In this document: positions 38,506-48,599 of the stretch, in pieces | Layout: each line of letters begins with the position of its first letter | Position numbering within the stretch: the stretch's first letter is position 1 | DNA from: an uncultured Actinomycetota bacterium | GTDB taxonomy: Bacteria; Actinomycetota; UBA4738; HRBIN12 | Assembly: GCA_963711655.1 (NCBI GenBank) | Contig: CAVQEW010000006.1 | Span: forward strand, 599 to 64,598 | Direction of reading: 5' to 3' | DNA length: 64,000 bases | The notes under the pieces: generated by a model | The model's database searches: none | What the model saw: only the letters and a program-made list of their open reading frames with translations | Told to the model about the DNA's origin: nothing | Program-made: the position numbers and the translations under genes

Positions 38506-39700
38506 GCGTGCAAGCGGAAGCCATCCCGGCGCAGCCCCCCGCCCCGTCGGGCGAACCGCTCGTGAAGCTCGAGGGCATCAAGAAGTACTTCCCGATCACG
38601 CAGGGCATCCTCTTCCAGCATCACGTCGGCAACGTGCACGCCGTCGACGGCGTGGATCTCGAGGTCTACCCCGGACAGACCGTCGGACTGGTCGGCGAGA
38701 CGGGCTGCGGGAAGTCGACCCTCGCCCGCGTCGTGATGCGCCTCTACGACGTGACCGAAGGCACGGTCTGGTTCCAGGGCAGGGACATCACGCGTCTCAA
38801 GGGCAAGGAGCTCCAGGAGCTCCGCGAGGACATGCAGATGGTGTTCCAGGACCCGTACGCGTCCCTGAACCCCCGGAAGACCGTCGGGATCGATCGTCTC
38901 GGAGCCGTTCCGGCTCCATCAGACCGTGCCCAAGAACAAGATCAAGTCCGAGGTCCAGCAGCTGATGGAGCTCGTGGGACTGAACCCCGAGCACTACAAC
39001 CGGTACCCGCACGAGTTCTCCGGTGGCCAGCGCCAACGGATCGGCGTGGCGAGGTCGCTCGCCCTCCGCCCCAAGCTGATCGTCTGCGACGAACCGGTCT
39101 CCGCCCTCGACGTCTCGATCCAGGCACAGATCCTCAACCTGCTGGGCGACCTGCAGGACGAGTTCAAGCTCACCTACCTCTTCATCGCGCACGACCTCTC
39201 CGTGGTCAAGCACGTCTCGGACCGGGTCGCGGTGATGTACCTCGGCAAGATCGTGGAGATGGCCGAGGGCGCCAGCCTGTACAAGACGCCGAAGCACCCC
39301 TACACCGGGGCGCTGCTGTCCGCGGTACCGATGGCGGACCCCGAGCTGGCGCGGCAGAAGCGCCGGATCATCCTCCAAGGAGACGTCCCCTCACCGATCG
39401 ATCCACCGTCCGGGTGCCGGTTCCACCCGCGATGCCCGCAATCCCGGGCGATCGCCAAGGCCGAGGGGATCGACGGACCGCATCCCCGCTGCATCCAGGA
39501 GCTGCCCGAGCTCACGGAGCAAGGTGATGGCCAGCGAGCCGCCTGCCATTTCCCGCTGGAGGGCAGTATCATCCAGAGCGGCGACGCCGAGGAGCGCTTC
39601 GACGAAGGCGTCGTGGAGATGCAGGAGGAAACGACCGCAGGCGAGGACTCCGCGCCGGACAGGGCTCCGGTAGACCAAGAGATCGCAAGAGGGGAACCTG
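38502..39700 (+). CDS. Peptide ABC transporter ATPase DppF/OppF (frameshift near 38890; 3' end uncertain)
   Basis: [57 protein letters not shown]. Confidence 0.9.
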
Positions 39701-39703
39701 ATC

Positions 39704-39937
39704 GTGCTGAACTCCGTCGTCATCGTGATCGACATCATCGCGTCGCTGTTCCTGATCCTCACGATCCTGTTGCACTCGGGGAAGGGGAGCGGGATGTCGG
39801 AGCTGTTCGGAGGCTCCTCCTCCCTCTCGGGCGGCACGGCGTTGGAGCGGACCCTCGACCGGGTCACCGTCGTCACGGCGATCGTCTGGGGGCTCTGCAC
39901 GTTCTGGCTCGCGTGGAAGTGGACGCCCGGTTCGTAG
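39704..39937 (+). CDS. secG: Preprotein translocase subunit SecG
   Basis: Two TM helices around [17 protein letters not shown]...ERTLDRVT; AGAGGGG RBS. Confidence 0.93.
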   Translation: MLNSVVIVIDIIASLFLILTILLHSGKGSGMSELFGGSSSLSGGTALERTLDRVTVVTAIVWGLCTFWLAWKWTPGS

Positions 39938-39973
39938 CGCCGGGACCCACTGGTAGCATCCACGGCGCATCTC

Positions 39974-40063
39974 GTCGGAGTGGCGGAACTTGGTAGACGC
40001 GCTAGGTTGAGGGCCTAGTCCTCTTCACAGAGGGTGGGGGTTCAAATCCCCCCTCCGACACCA
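39974..40063 (+). tRNA. tRNA-Leu (anticodon GAG)
   Basis: Acceptor GTCGGAG/CTCCGAC plus A-CCA; D-loop TGGTAGAC; anticodon arm CTAGG-TTGAGGG-CCTAG; long variable arm; T-loop GTTCAAATC. Confidence 0.96.
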
Positions 40064-40181
40064 CCGAACCAGCGCAGCTTGACCACTCTCCGCGTTCATC
40101 TACCCCCTGACCTGCAGGATTGCATACCTCTCTCTGTGTAGGGCAAGATTGTGGAACACCGAGCCCGGAGGGGGTTTGTTC

Positions 40182-43100
40182 ATGAGGCACCGAGGTCTCC
40201 CCGCAGCGTTCGCGCTGGCCATCGTGCTTTCCGTCGTTGTATCAGCGGCGACTGCAACTGCTGCGTCCAGCCCTGACGGCCTGAGCGTCGTCAACGGCAG
40301 CGTGTCGCAGGTCGACGCGTTCGACGCACCCAAGTCCGTCTCGGGCAAGCTCGCCCAGACAGACCCATCGCTCCTCAACAAGACGAGCGCGGAATTGATC
40401 AACGTCGTCGTGAAGCTCGACTACGACGCGATCGGCTCCTATGCCGGCGGGATCGGCGCCCTGAAGGCGACGAGCCCGTCCGTCACCGGCCGGTCGATCC
40501 ACGCCAACGCGAGGGCCGTGTCGGCCTACCGCGCGTACCTGGCGAAGATCGAGCGGACGGCCCTCAACCAGGTGGACGCCAAGATCGCGCGCGCCACCGT
40601 GGGTTCGGTGTACCGCCTCGCGTACGGAGGGTTCAGCCTCCGTCTGCCGGCGAACCAGGTCGGCGCCCTGCTACGGGTCCCGGGCGTCGTCGCCGTCCAG
40701 CGTGACGCGCTCAACCAGCCGACCGCCGTGGAGGAGCCGTATCAGTCGATCGGTGCCGAGGCGGTCTGGAACGAGCTCGACGGCTCCGACTTCACGGGCC
40801 AGGGCGTCGTCGTGGCGAACCTGGACACGGGCATCTGGCCCGAGAATCCGATGTTCGAGGACCGGGGCCTGCCGAGCCCTCCCGCAGGTCCGTACGGCTG
40901 TCAGTTCGGTCTCTCCGGTGACCCGAACGACCCGTCGTTCGCGTGCAACAACAAGGTGATCGGCGCCTACGCCTTCACCAACACCTACACGACCGTCTTC
41001 GGCGCCGAGGACGGCGAGTACTGCACCGACCCCAACCCCGCACCGGGAGCGTGGGTCTGCTCGGCGCGTGACGCCGACGGGCACGGAACGCACACGCTCA
41101 CGACGGCCGCCGGCGACTTCGTCGACTCGGCCGAGATGTGGGGGATCGACCGCGGGCCCACGAGCGGCATGGCGCCGGGCGCCCACGTGATCGGCTACCG
41201 CGTGTGCCTCGACGAGGGGTGCTTCGGATCCGACAGCATCGCCGCCGTGAACCGCGCGATCGTCGACGAGGTCGACGTGATCAACTTCTCGATCGGCGGT
41301 GGGGCGAACGCGTACTCCGACGCGGTCGAGCTGGCATTCCTCGACGCCTACGCGTCGGGGATCCTGGTGAACGCCTCCGCCGGCAACGAGGGTCCCGGCG
41401 AAGCGACCGCGGGCCACGCCGGCCCGTGGACCAACACCGTGGGCGCTTCCTATCCCTCACGGATCTACGAGGCGTCGGTGCACCTCGCGGCGGGCAACGG
41501 CGACGTGCTCGACGCGACCGGCGTCACCATCACCCCGGGCATCGGGGCCGCCACACCCGTCATCCGACCCTCCGCGGTCGCGGGATATACGGGCAACAAC
41601 ACGTGCAACGTGCCCTTCGCGGATGGCTCGGTGACCGGCTCGATCGTCCTGTGCGATCGAGGCAACCCGGCCGGACGGGCGGCTTCGGGCTTCAACGTGC
41701 TCCAGGGGGACGGGGCCGGCATGATCCTGATCAACGTCGGCCATCAGGACCTGTTCACTGACCTGCACTGGCTCCCCACGATCATGCTGAACGACGGCAC
41801 GTGGCAGGGCGAGACGCAGCCGGGAACGGCGGTTCGTGCCTTCGTCGACGGCCACACGGCCGTGACGGCGACGTTCACGACCGGCACCGCGGTCGAGCAG
41901 AGGCCCGACATCATGACGACCTTCTCGTCACGGGGTCCGCTCGGCGACTGGATCAAGCCCGACGTGACGGCTCCCGGGATCGAGATCCTGGCGGGCCGGA
42001 GCCCACAGCCGTGGCCGGGCGCGATCCCCAGCGGTCCTCCCGGGGACATGTTCATGGCGATCGCCGGGACGTCCATGTCGTCGCCCCACGCGGCGGGTGT
42101 CTCCGCCCTGGTCAAGGCCGCCCACCCCACGTGGACGCCCGGCCAGATCAAGTCCGCCCTGATGACGTCGTCGATCCAGGACGTCCTCAAGCCGGACGGC
42201 GTGACGCCGGCCGATCCGTTCAACACGGGCGCGGGCTCGATCCGTGCGGACCGGGCTATCCGCCCGACCCTCACGTTCGACGTCACCGCGGCGCAGTACG
42301 CGGCGTTCGGATCTGACCCGCTGCACCGCATCGACGCGAACACGCCGAGCGTGAACGCGCCGACGATGTCAGGATCCGTCACCACGACCCGCACCGCGAG
42401 GAACGTGAGCGGGGCGGCCCAGACGTTCACCGTGCACACCGTGGCGCCTGCGGGTGGTTCCATCACGGTCAAGCCGGCGAGCTTCTCCATCCCCGCAGGG
42501 AAGACCAAGCAGCTCACGATCACGATCAACGGTGAGGGGCTGGCCGCGGGTCAGCACTTCGGCTCGATCACCATCGACGCGGCGAGCGCGAGTGCGAACG
42601 ACGTCTCCATCCCGGTGGCGTTCTTCAAGCAGCAGGGCGGGGTCACGCTGACCCACACGTGCTCGCCGACCTCCTTCCCGCTCGGGTCGAGCTCGGCCTG
42701 CCAGGTCGTGGTTCAGAACCTGACCCCGGAAGTTGCCAACACGCACCTCTCGGTGGCGAGCCCGAATCCGTCCCGGCTCGGGATCAGGAACGCGGTGGCG
42801 ACCCTCAACCCCGACTCGTCGGGGACGTTGACCGCAACCCCGGACAAGGGCTTCACCTGGGACGGGACACTTTCTGGCTCGGTGGCGCCGACGGTCGACT
42901 CGATCACGCCCGGCGGATCTCCGGCGGGCGGCTACCTTCCCCTGAGTGCCTTCGGGATCCCACCGATCGGCGGGATGGGCGATGAGTCGATCGCCAACTT
43001 CAACACGCCCGAGTTCTTGTGGGGCGACGAGTCCTACACCTCGATCGGGGTCACGTCGAACGGGTACGTCGTCGTGGGTGGCGGCGTCGCGGCCGACGTC

Positions 43101-43643
43101 GAGTTCGTGCCCCAGACGATGCCCGACGTGGCGAGGCCGAACAACGTGATCGCCCCGTGGTGGACGGACATCGATCTCTCGCAGGCGGCGCCCTCGGGCG
43201 CGACCGGAGCGAGGATCGGCACGCTCACGGACGGGGTCTCGGACTGGCTCGTGATCGACTACGAAGACGTGGCGACCTTCGGCACCTGCACACCGGGGCC
43301 GTGCGATCTCCACGACTTCCAGATCTGGATCGGGCTGGAGGCAGACGGCACGCCGGGAGAGGAAGTCACGATGGCTCACGGCGACCTCGGGGCCGGGTCC
43401 GCCGACGGGCTCAACGCCGGTGCCGAGAATCGCGCCGGGACCAGCGGTGTCAACATCACGCCGCTGCCCACCAGCAACAGCGACTGGACGATCCACACCT
43501 CCGGGCCGACGCCCGGCGGCAGGCTCGAGATCACCTACAACGCCGTCGGCAAGCGACGCGGCGTGTACGTGGTCCCGGCGAGGATGACCAGCGACCAGAC
43601 GATCGGCACGACGACGGAGAGCGTGCAGCTGACGGTCACGTAG
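40182..43643 (+). CDS. Secreted S8 subtilase with I9 prodomain, PA domain, Fn3-like domain and extra C-terminal domains
   Basis: Signal peptide; triad LDTG, DGHGTH, GTSMSSPH; CNNKVIGA; SAGNEGP; KPDVTAPG; TPGQIKSALMT. Confidence 0.92.
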   Translation: MRHRGLPAAFALAIVLSVVVSAATATAASSPDGLSVVNGSVSQVDAFDAPKSVSGKLAQTDPSLLNKTSAELINVVVKLDYDAIGSYAGGIGALKATSPSVTGRSIHANARAVSAYRAYLAKIERTALNQVDAKIARATVGSVYRLAYGGFSLRLPANQVGALLRVPGVVAVQRDALNQPTAVEEPYQSIGAEAVWNELDGSDFTGQGVVVANLDTGIWPENPMFEDRGLPSPPAGPYGCQFGLSGDPNDPSFACNNKVIGAYAFTNTYTTVFGAEDGEYCTDPNPAPGAWVCSARDADGHGTHTLTTAAGDFVDSAEMWGIDRGPTSGMAPGAHVIGYRVCLDEGCFGSDSIAAVNRAIVDEVDVINFSIGGGANAYSDAVELAFLDAYASGILVNASAGNEGPGEATAGHAGPWTNTVGASYPSRIYEASVHLAAGNGDVLDATGVTITPGIGAATPVIRPSAVAGYTGNNTCNVPFADGSVTGSIVLCDRGNPAGRAASGFNVLQGDGAGMILINVGHQDLFTDLHWLPTIMLNDGTWQGETQPGTAVRAFVDGHTAVTATFTTGTAVEQRPDIMTTFSSRGPLGDWIKPDVTAPGIEILAGRSPQPWPGAIPSGPPGDMFMAIAGTSMSSPHAAGVSALVKAAHPTWTPGQIKSALMTSSIQDVLKPDGVTPADPFNTGAGSIRADRAIRPTLTFDVTAAQYAAFGSDPLHRIDANTPSVNAPTMSGSVTTTRTARNVSGAAQTFTVHTVAPAGGSITVKPASFSIPAGKTKQLTITINGEGLAAGQHFGSITIDAASASANDVSIPVAFFKQQGGVTLTHTCSPTSFPLGSSSACQVVVQNLTPEVANTHLSVASPNPSRLGIRNAVATLNPDSSGTLTATPDKGFTWDGTLSGSVAPTVDSITPGGSPAGGYLPLSAFGIPPIGGMGDESIANFNTPEFLWGDESYTSIGVTSNGYVVVGGGVAADVEFVPQTMPDVARPNNVIAPWWTDIDLSQAAPSGATGARIGTLTDGVSDWLVIDYEDVATFGTCTPGPCDLHDFQIWIGLEADGTPGEEVTMAHGDLGAGSADGLNAGAENRAGTSGVNITPLPTSNSDWTIHTSGPTPGGRLEITYNAVGKRRGVYVVPARMTSDQTIGTTTESVQLTVT

Positions 43644-43671
43644 CGAAGGAAGAGCGGACGGAAGAAGGAAG

Positions 43672-43702
43672 GAAGGCCCGGCCTCGACGAGGCCGGGCCT
43701 TC
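43672..43702. terminator. Probable bidirectional terminator between convergent genes
   Basis: GAAGGCCCGGCCTC-GAC-GAGGCCGGGCCTTC perfect hairpin. Confidence 0.75.
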
Positions 43703-43713
43703 TCGTCCGTCCT

Positions 43714-46062
43714 TCAGCGGCGAGCCGAACTCGCCTCCGCGCGGACGCGCGACGAGGGCTCGCTCGGGCGCCCTCGGAGCGAGAACGGAACACTCGTCAG
43801 GATCGCCCGCTCCTCGAACAAGAGCAACCGCTTCACGAAGAACGCGGTCTGGTTGTGCAGGAAGAGGTGCCAGGAGCGACGTACGATCAGCTCCGGGATC
43901 ACGACGTTCACGATCGTGTCCGGTTGCCTGGTGAACCGCCTGATCTCATCGAGGATGGGAACGGTCAGGTCCCGGAACGGGGCCTCGACGATATCCAGCG
44001 GCACTCGCAGCCCGGCATCGAACCAGTCCTCTTGGATCCGCTGGCCTCCCTCGGGATCCAGCTGGAAGTGGATCGCTCGCGTCTCCGCCGACCCGAGCGA
44101 CATCGCGTACCGGACGGCCCTGATCGACGCGGCGTTCACCGATGAGACGAGCGCCAGCGTCACGATCCGATGGGGGATCAACGCCCGTCCGTCGACCCCT
44201 CGGACCTCACCGTTCCCGAGGTGGACGGGGACGTCGGTCACCACAACGTTCCGTTCGCGAAGGAGCCGCAACTTGAGGTGGAGGATGCTCCGGCGCCGAA
44301 GGAGATAGGTCGTGAGACCGCCGGTGATGACTTCGGGGATCACGATCGTGACGAAGTCGCTCGGCGCACGATCGAGCGAGCCGATCCGTCGCTTCACCAC
44401 GTCGTAGAGGCTCGTGCCGGAGATCACCTCGAGTGGGGGAGCATCTCCGGCGAACAGCCGCCATCGATCCTGGAGGTCGGTGGGCGGAGTCCGAGCGACG
44501 GCCGGATACACCGCGATCACTCCCGGCTGACGGATCCCGCGAACGTATCCGAGTGCCTCCGCCGTCGCAGAGTCCAGCTCGGGGACCAGGAGGATCACAT
44601 GCTTGTTGCCGGTGCGCTCGGCCTCGGGTCGCTCCCGCGCCAGCTCGGCCGCCACACCTCCGTAGTGTCGATGGATCGACACGAACACCGGCACCAACAT
44701 CGCCATGATCACGATCGAGAGCCACGCTCCGTCGGGCGTCTTCGAGATGATCACGACGATCAGGACGATGAACGTCGTCCCCGCGCCGATCGTATTGATG
44801 ACGATGGAGCGACGCCACCCGCGGATCGCCGCCGCGCCCTTGCGACCCTCCTTCAGCCAATGCCGGATCATCCCGGACTGCGACAACGTGAACGACGTGA
44901 ACACTCCGACCACGTAGAAGTTGATCAAGGTGCTCAGCTCCGCATCGAACGCGTAGATCATCACGCAGGACAGCAGCCCGAGGACGATCACCCCGTTCGA
45001 GAACACGAGCCGGTCGCCCCGGTTCACGAACTGGCTCGGCATGTAGCGATCCCGCGCCAGGATCGACGCCAGACGAGGGAAGTCTTGATAGGCGGTGTTC
45101 GCGGCCAGGATCAGGATCAAGGCAGTGAACGTCTGCACCAGGAAGAAGCCGGCGGATCCGTCCCCGAACACCGCGATCGCGATCTGCGCGACGACGGATC
45201 GTTGCTCGCTCGCGACCACGCCGCCGATGTGCGTGGTCAGCCACGAGATGCCGAGGAACATGGTGATCGCGAGCACCGCCATCACGGACAGGGTCGTCGC
45301 CGCGTTCCTCGCCTGCGGTTGACGGAAGGCCGGAACGCCGTTCGAGATCGCCTCGACGCCGGTGAGCGCGGTGGCGCCGAGGGAGAAGGCCTTCAGGATC
45401 GCGAAGATCCCCACGGCCCCCGCGACCGTGGCCGCGTCGTGCAAGGGTTCCACCTCGACCCCGACCGCGGGGCATCCGCCGAGACAGCCCAGCAATCCGA
45501 GAGCGATCAACGCGAGGATCGCGACGATGAACCCGTAGGTCGGGATCGCGAACAGCGTGCCCGACTCCTTGGCGCCGCGCAGGTTCAGCAACGTGATGAA
45601 CGCGACGAACAGGACCGCGAGGAACACCTTGTGCTCGTGCAACCAGGGGAACGCGGACGCGATCGCGAACACGCCGGCCACGATCGAGACGACGACCGTC
45701 ATCATGTAGTCGAACATCAGAGCGGCCGCGGCGATCAGTCCCGGAACGTCCCCGAGGTTGTCCTTGCTCACGATGTACGCACCGCCACCGTTCGGATACG
45801 CACGGACGGTCTGCCGATACGAGATGACGACGATCGCCATGAGGGAGGCGATAGCGATCGCGATCGGGAGCACGGAGGGCTCCGGGCGGGCCGTGACCAG
45901 GGAGAGCGCGACGAGGATCTCCCCGGTCGCGTACGCCACCGACGACAGCGCGTCCGACGCGAAGACGGGAAGGGCGACCACCTTCGGCAGGAGGGTGTGC
46001 TCGAGCCGGTTGCTCGCGAACGCCCTGCCGACGAAGAAGCGTTTCAGTGCGACGCTCGCCAT
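43714..46062 (-). CDS. APC-family transporter, KimA/YdaO (K+/H+ symporter)-like, with long cytoplasmic C-terminus
   Basis: FASDALSSVAYATGEI, AYPNGGGAYIVSKDNLG, NLRGAKESG, ALTGVEAISNGVPAF, FPRLASILARD, LHNQTA. Confidence 0.88.
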   Translation of the reverse strand: MASVALKRFFVGRAFASNRLEHTLLPKVVALPVFASDALSSVAYATGEILVALSLVTARPEPSVLPIAIAIASLMAIVVISYRQTVRAYPNGGGAYIVSKDNLGDVPGLIAAAALMFDYMMTVVVSIVAGVFAIASAFPWLHEHKVFLAVLFVAFITLLNLRGAKESGTLFAIPTYGFIVAILALIALGLLGCLGGCPAVGVEVEPLHDAATVAGAVGIFAILKAFSLGATALTGVEAISNGVPAFRQPQARNAATTLSVMAVLAITMFLGISWLTTHIGGVVASEQRSVVAQIAIAVFGDGSAGFFLVQTFTALILILAANTAYQDFPRLASILARDRYMPSQFVNRGDRLVFSNGVIVLGLLSCVMIYAFDAELSTLINFYVVGVFTSFTLSQSGMIRHWLKEGRKGAAAIRGWRRSIVINTIGAGTTFIVLIVVIISKTPDGAWLSIVIMAMLVPVFVSIHRHYGGVAAELARERPEAERTGNKHVILLVPELDSATAEALGYVRGIRQPGVIAVYPAVARTPPTDLQDRWRLFAGDAPPLEVISGTSLYDVVKRRIGSLDRAPSDFVTIVIPEVITGGLTTYLLRRRSILHLKLRLLRERNVVVTDVPVHLGNGEVRGVDGRALIPHRIVTLALVSSVNAASIRAVRYAMSLGSAETRAIHFQLDPEGGQRIQEDWFDAGLRVPLDIVEAPFRDLTVPILDEIRRFTRQPDTIVNVVIPELIVRRSWHLFLHNQTAFFVKRLLLFEERAILTSVPFSLRGRPSEPSSRVRAEASSARR

Positions 46063-46334
46063 ACCGGCCGCCTCTGATGCCCGTTGGTGCCGGCTGGCCG
46101 GTCTCCCTCGACCCCCGTCGGCACGATCGCCTCGGGATCCGGGTCAGCCTCCAGACCCGCGAGGAGGTGGTCGACCAGCTGCACCTCGCGGGAGGCGTCG
46201 ATCCACTCCCTGTGCGTCTGCCAGGCGCGGAACGCCGGACCGACGAGGACACCGAGGACACAGCCGATCATCAGACCGACGACGAGGTCGCCGCTCCCGT
46301 TCCCACCTGCCGCGACGATCGAGAAGAGTTCCAT
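46044..46334 (-). CDS. Small single-TM hypothetical protein upstream of and overlapping the KimA-like gene
   Basis: ORF with one hydrophobic helix (LVVGLMIGCVLGVLVGPAF); fills the gap between promoter region and transporter. Alternative start GTG 46352. Confidence 0.5.
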   Translation of the reverse strand: MELFSIVAAGGNGSGDLVVGLMIGCVLGVLVGPAFRAWQTHREWIDASREVQLVDHLLAGLEADPDPEAIVPTGVEGDRPAGTNGHQRRPVWRASH

Positions 46335-46368
46335 GTCCCGAGCGTCCGTCACGTCGCGTAGCGATGCG

Positions 46369-46407
46369 GTAAGGAACGCAGGGCCCGCCGTAAGGGTTCC
46401 GTAAGGG
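46369..46407. promoter_or_regulatory. Phased direct repeats, candidate KdpE/OmpR-family binding site
   Basis: GTAAGG at 46369, 46390 and 46401; CCGTAAGGG exact at 46388 and 46399 (11-bp period). Confidence 0.6.
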
Positions 46408-46464
46408 CATCAGCGGCAGAGGGAGGGCTCCAGGAAGCCTTGCTACGCTCCAGCGGATCGCTGG

Positions 46465-47887
46465 ATGACACTCATGATGGATCGACACCGGTTGCCCCGG
46501 CTCCTGCGCGGATCGGTGACGAGCCTCGCGCCGCCGGGGGTGGTCACCCTCGGTGCGCTCCTGCCGATCGACGTCTCCACCGCCACGGCGGCCCTCTGCT
46601 ACGTCCTCGCGGTCGTCGTCGCGGCTGCTGCCGGCGGTCTCGTGGCCGGCCTCGTCGCCTCGGTCTGCTCCTTCCTCGCGCTGAACTTCTTCTTCACGCC
46701 CCCGTTCCACACCTTCGCTGTGGAGGGAACCGCGGATCTCGTCGCATTGGCCGTCTTCCTCGCGGTCTCGGCCACCGTCGGCACCATGTTCTCCCGCGCC
46801 CTCGAGCAACGGTCCCGGGCCGAGCGGCGGGAGCGCGAGGCACGGCTCCTCCACCACCTCGGAACCCGACTTCGCTCAGGCGTGCCGACCGAGGATGTAC
46901 TGCGGAGCCTCGCTCGCTCGATCCTCGAGCTCTTCGACCTCGAGCGATGCGAGATCACCAGCGAGCTCGCCCACGGCCCGATCGTCGCCGAACGACCCGA
47001 GGGCGGGACCCCCGCCGGTCCGGAGGAGTTCATCCCGATCACGGTGCAGGACCGGGAGCTCGGCAGCATCGTCGTGGTGACCGATGGCACCCGCCCGGCG
47101 ATGACCTCCGAGGAGCGCGGGGTGATCCAGACCCTGGCGTCGCAGATCGCGCTCGCGATCGACGGGATGCGGCTCGGGTCCGAGGCCGAGGAGGCGCGGA
47201 TGGAGGCCGAGACGAACCGGCTGCGCGCCGCCCTCTTCTCGTCCGTCACCCACGACCTCCGGACGCCGCTCGCGTCGATCACCGCATCGGTGTCGAGCCT
47301 CCTCGAGGACAACTCGCCCCTGCAGGGAGCGCAGCGCCGAGAGCTGCTCGAGACGATCGATCAGGAAACCGGGCGCCTGAACCGCGTGATCGGCAACCTG
47401 ATGGATCTCTCGCGTATGCGAGCGGGGGCGGTGGTGCCGACGAAGACGCTCGCGGGGATCGACGAGTTGATCGAGAGCGTGCTCGCTCGTTCCGGTCCGA
47501 TCCTCGAGGAGCACGACATCCGGCTCATGCTGCGTGACGGATCTTCCCGAGATCCCCGTCGACGTGGTCCTGATCGATCAGGCGCTCACGAACATCGTCG
47601 AGAACGCGGCGCGGTTCACGCCGAAGGGGAGACGGATCACGGTGGCGGCGGCTCGGTGGCACGACGGCGTGCAGGTGCGGATCGCGGATCGAGGGCCCGG
47701 GATCCCTCGGGAGGAACGCGAGCGCGTCTTCGAGCCCTTCGTCCGCGGAGAGGGGAGCACGGGTACTGGCCTCGGCCTGGCCATCGCGCGCGCGATCGTG
47801 GTCGCCCACGGCGGCTCGATCGGCGTCGCGGACGAACCCGGAGGTGGGACGGCGGTCGTCATCGAGCTTCCCGGGGGATCGCGATGA
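46465..47887 (+). CDS. KdpD-like sensor histidine kinase lacking the N-terminal KdpD/Usp domains (frameshift near 47537)
   Basis: DUF4118-type 4-TM block (LNFFFTPPFHTF), GAF-like linker, SSVTHDLRTPLASI, ADRGPGIP, GTGLGLAIAR. Confidence 0.85.
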
Positions 47888-48597
47888 CGGAGGCTCGGGT
47901 GCTCGTGGTCGACGACGATCCCCAGATCCTCCGAGCGGTGCGTACGAGCCTGCAGGGCCATTCCTACGACGTCCTCACGGCGGGGAACGGCGAGACAGCG
48001 CTCGATCTGCTGCCCGACGCGGCCGTCGACCTCATCGTCCTGGACCTGGGGCTCCCGGGCATCGGCGGTCACGAGGTGATCCGGCGGGTGCGCTCGTGGT
48101 CGGATGTTCCGATCATCGTCCTCTCGGTTCGAGACGGTCAGCAGGACAAGGTGGAGGCGTTCGAGGCGGGAGCCGACGACTACGTGACGAAGCCTTTCGG
48201 TATGCCGGAGCTCCTCGCGCGGATGCGTGCCGTCCGGCGTCGAGCCGATGGTGAGCGTCGGCCGCCCGTCGTCCGATTCGGCGACCTCGAGGTCGACCTC
48301 GGCCGGCAGCTGGTGAGGCTGGAGCAGACTGCGATCCATCTGACGCCGACCGAGTATCGGCTCCTCGAGGCGTTCGCCACGAACCCCGGCAAGCTGCTGA
48401 CGCACCGGTGGCTCCTCCAGAAGGCCTGGGGGCCCGGGTATTCGACCGAGCACCAGTACCTCCGTGTGTTCATCCGGCAGCTCCGGAAGAAGCTGTCCGA
48501 CGACCCCGCACGTCCTCGGTTCATCGTCACCGAAGCCGGACTCGGGTACCGGTGGAAGCCGGATGCGGACGAGGACCGCTCGGCCTCGTCCCCCTGA
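47884..48597 (+). CDS. kdpE: KdpE-like OmpR-family response regulator
   Basis: VLVVDDDPQI, LDLGLP, RSWSDVPIIVLS, GADDYVTKPF, HLTPTEY, GKLLTHR, YLRVFIRQLRKKL..DPARP. Confidence 0.85.
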   Translation: MTEARVLVVDDDPQILRAVRTSLQGHSYDVLTAGNGETALDLLPDAAVDLIVLDLGLPGIGGHEVIRRVRSWSDVPIIVLSVRDGQQDKVEAFEAGADDYVTKPFGMPELLARMRAVRRRADGERRPPVVRFGDLEVDLGRQLVRLEQTAIHLTPTEYRLLEAFATNPGKLLTHRWLLQKAWGPGYSTEHQYLRVFIRQLRKKLSDDPARPRFIVTEAGLGYRWKPDADEDRSASSP

Positions 48598-48599
48598 AC

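Noticed and set aside
46062-46460. c-di-AMP (ydaO) riboswitch upstream of the KimA-like gene
   Set aside because: No GCTGAA/GCCGAA, GGGGAACC or CCGTCAGCTAAC-type motifs seen on the minus strand; the space holds a small ORF and direct repeats.
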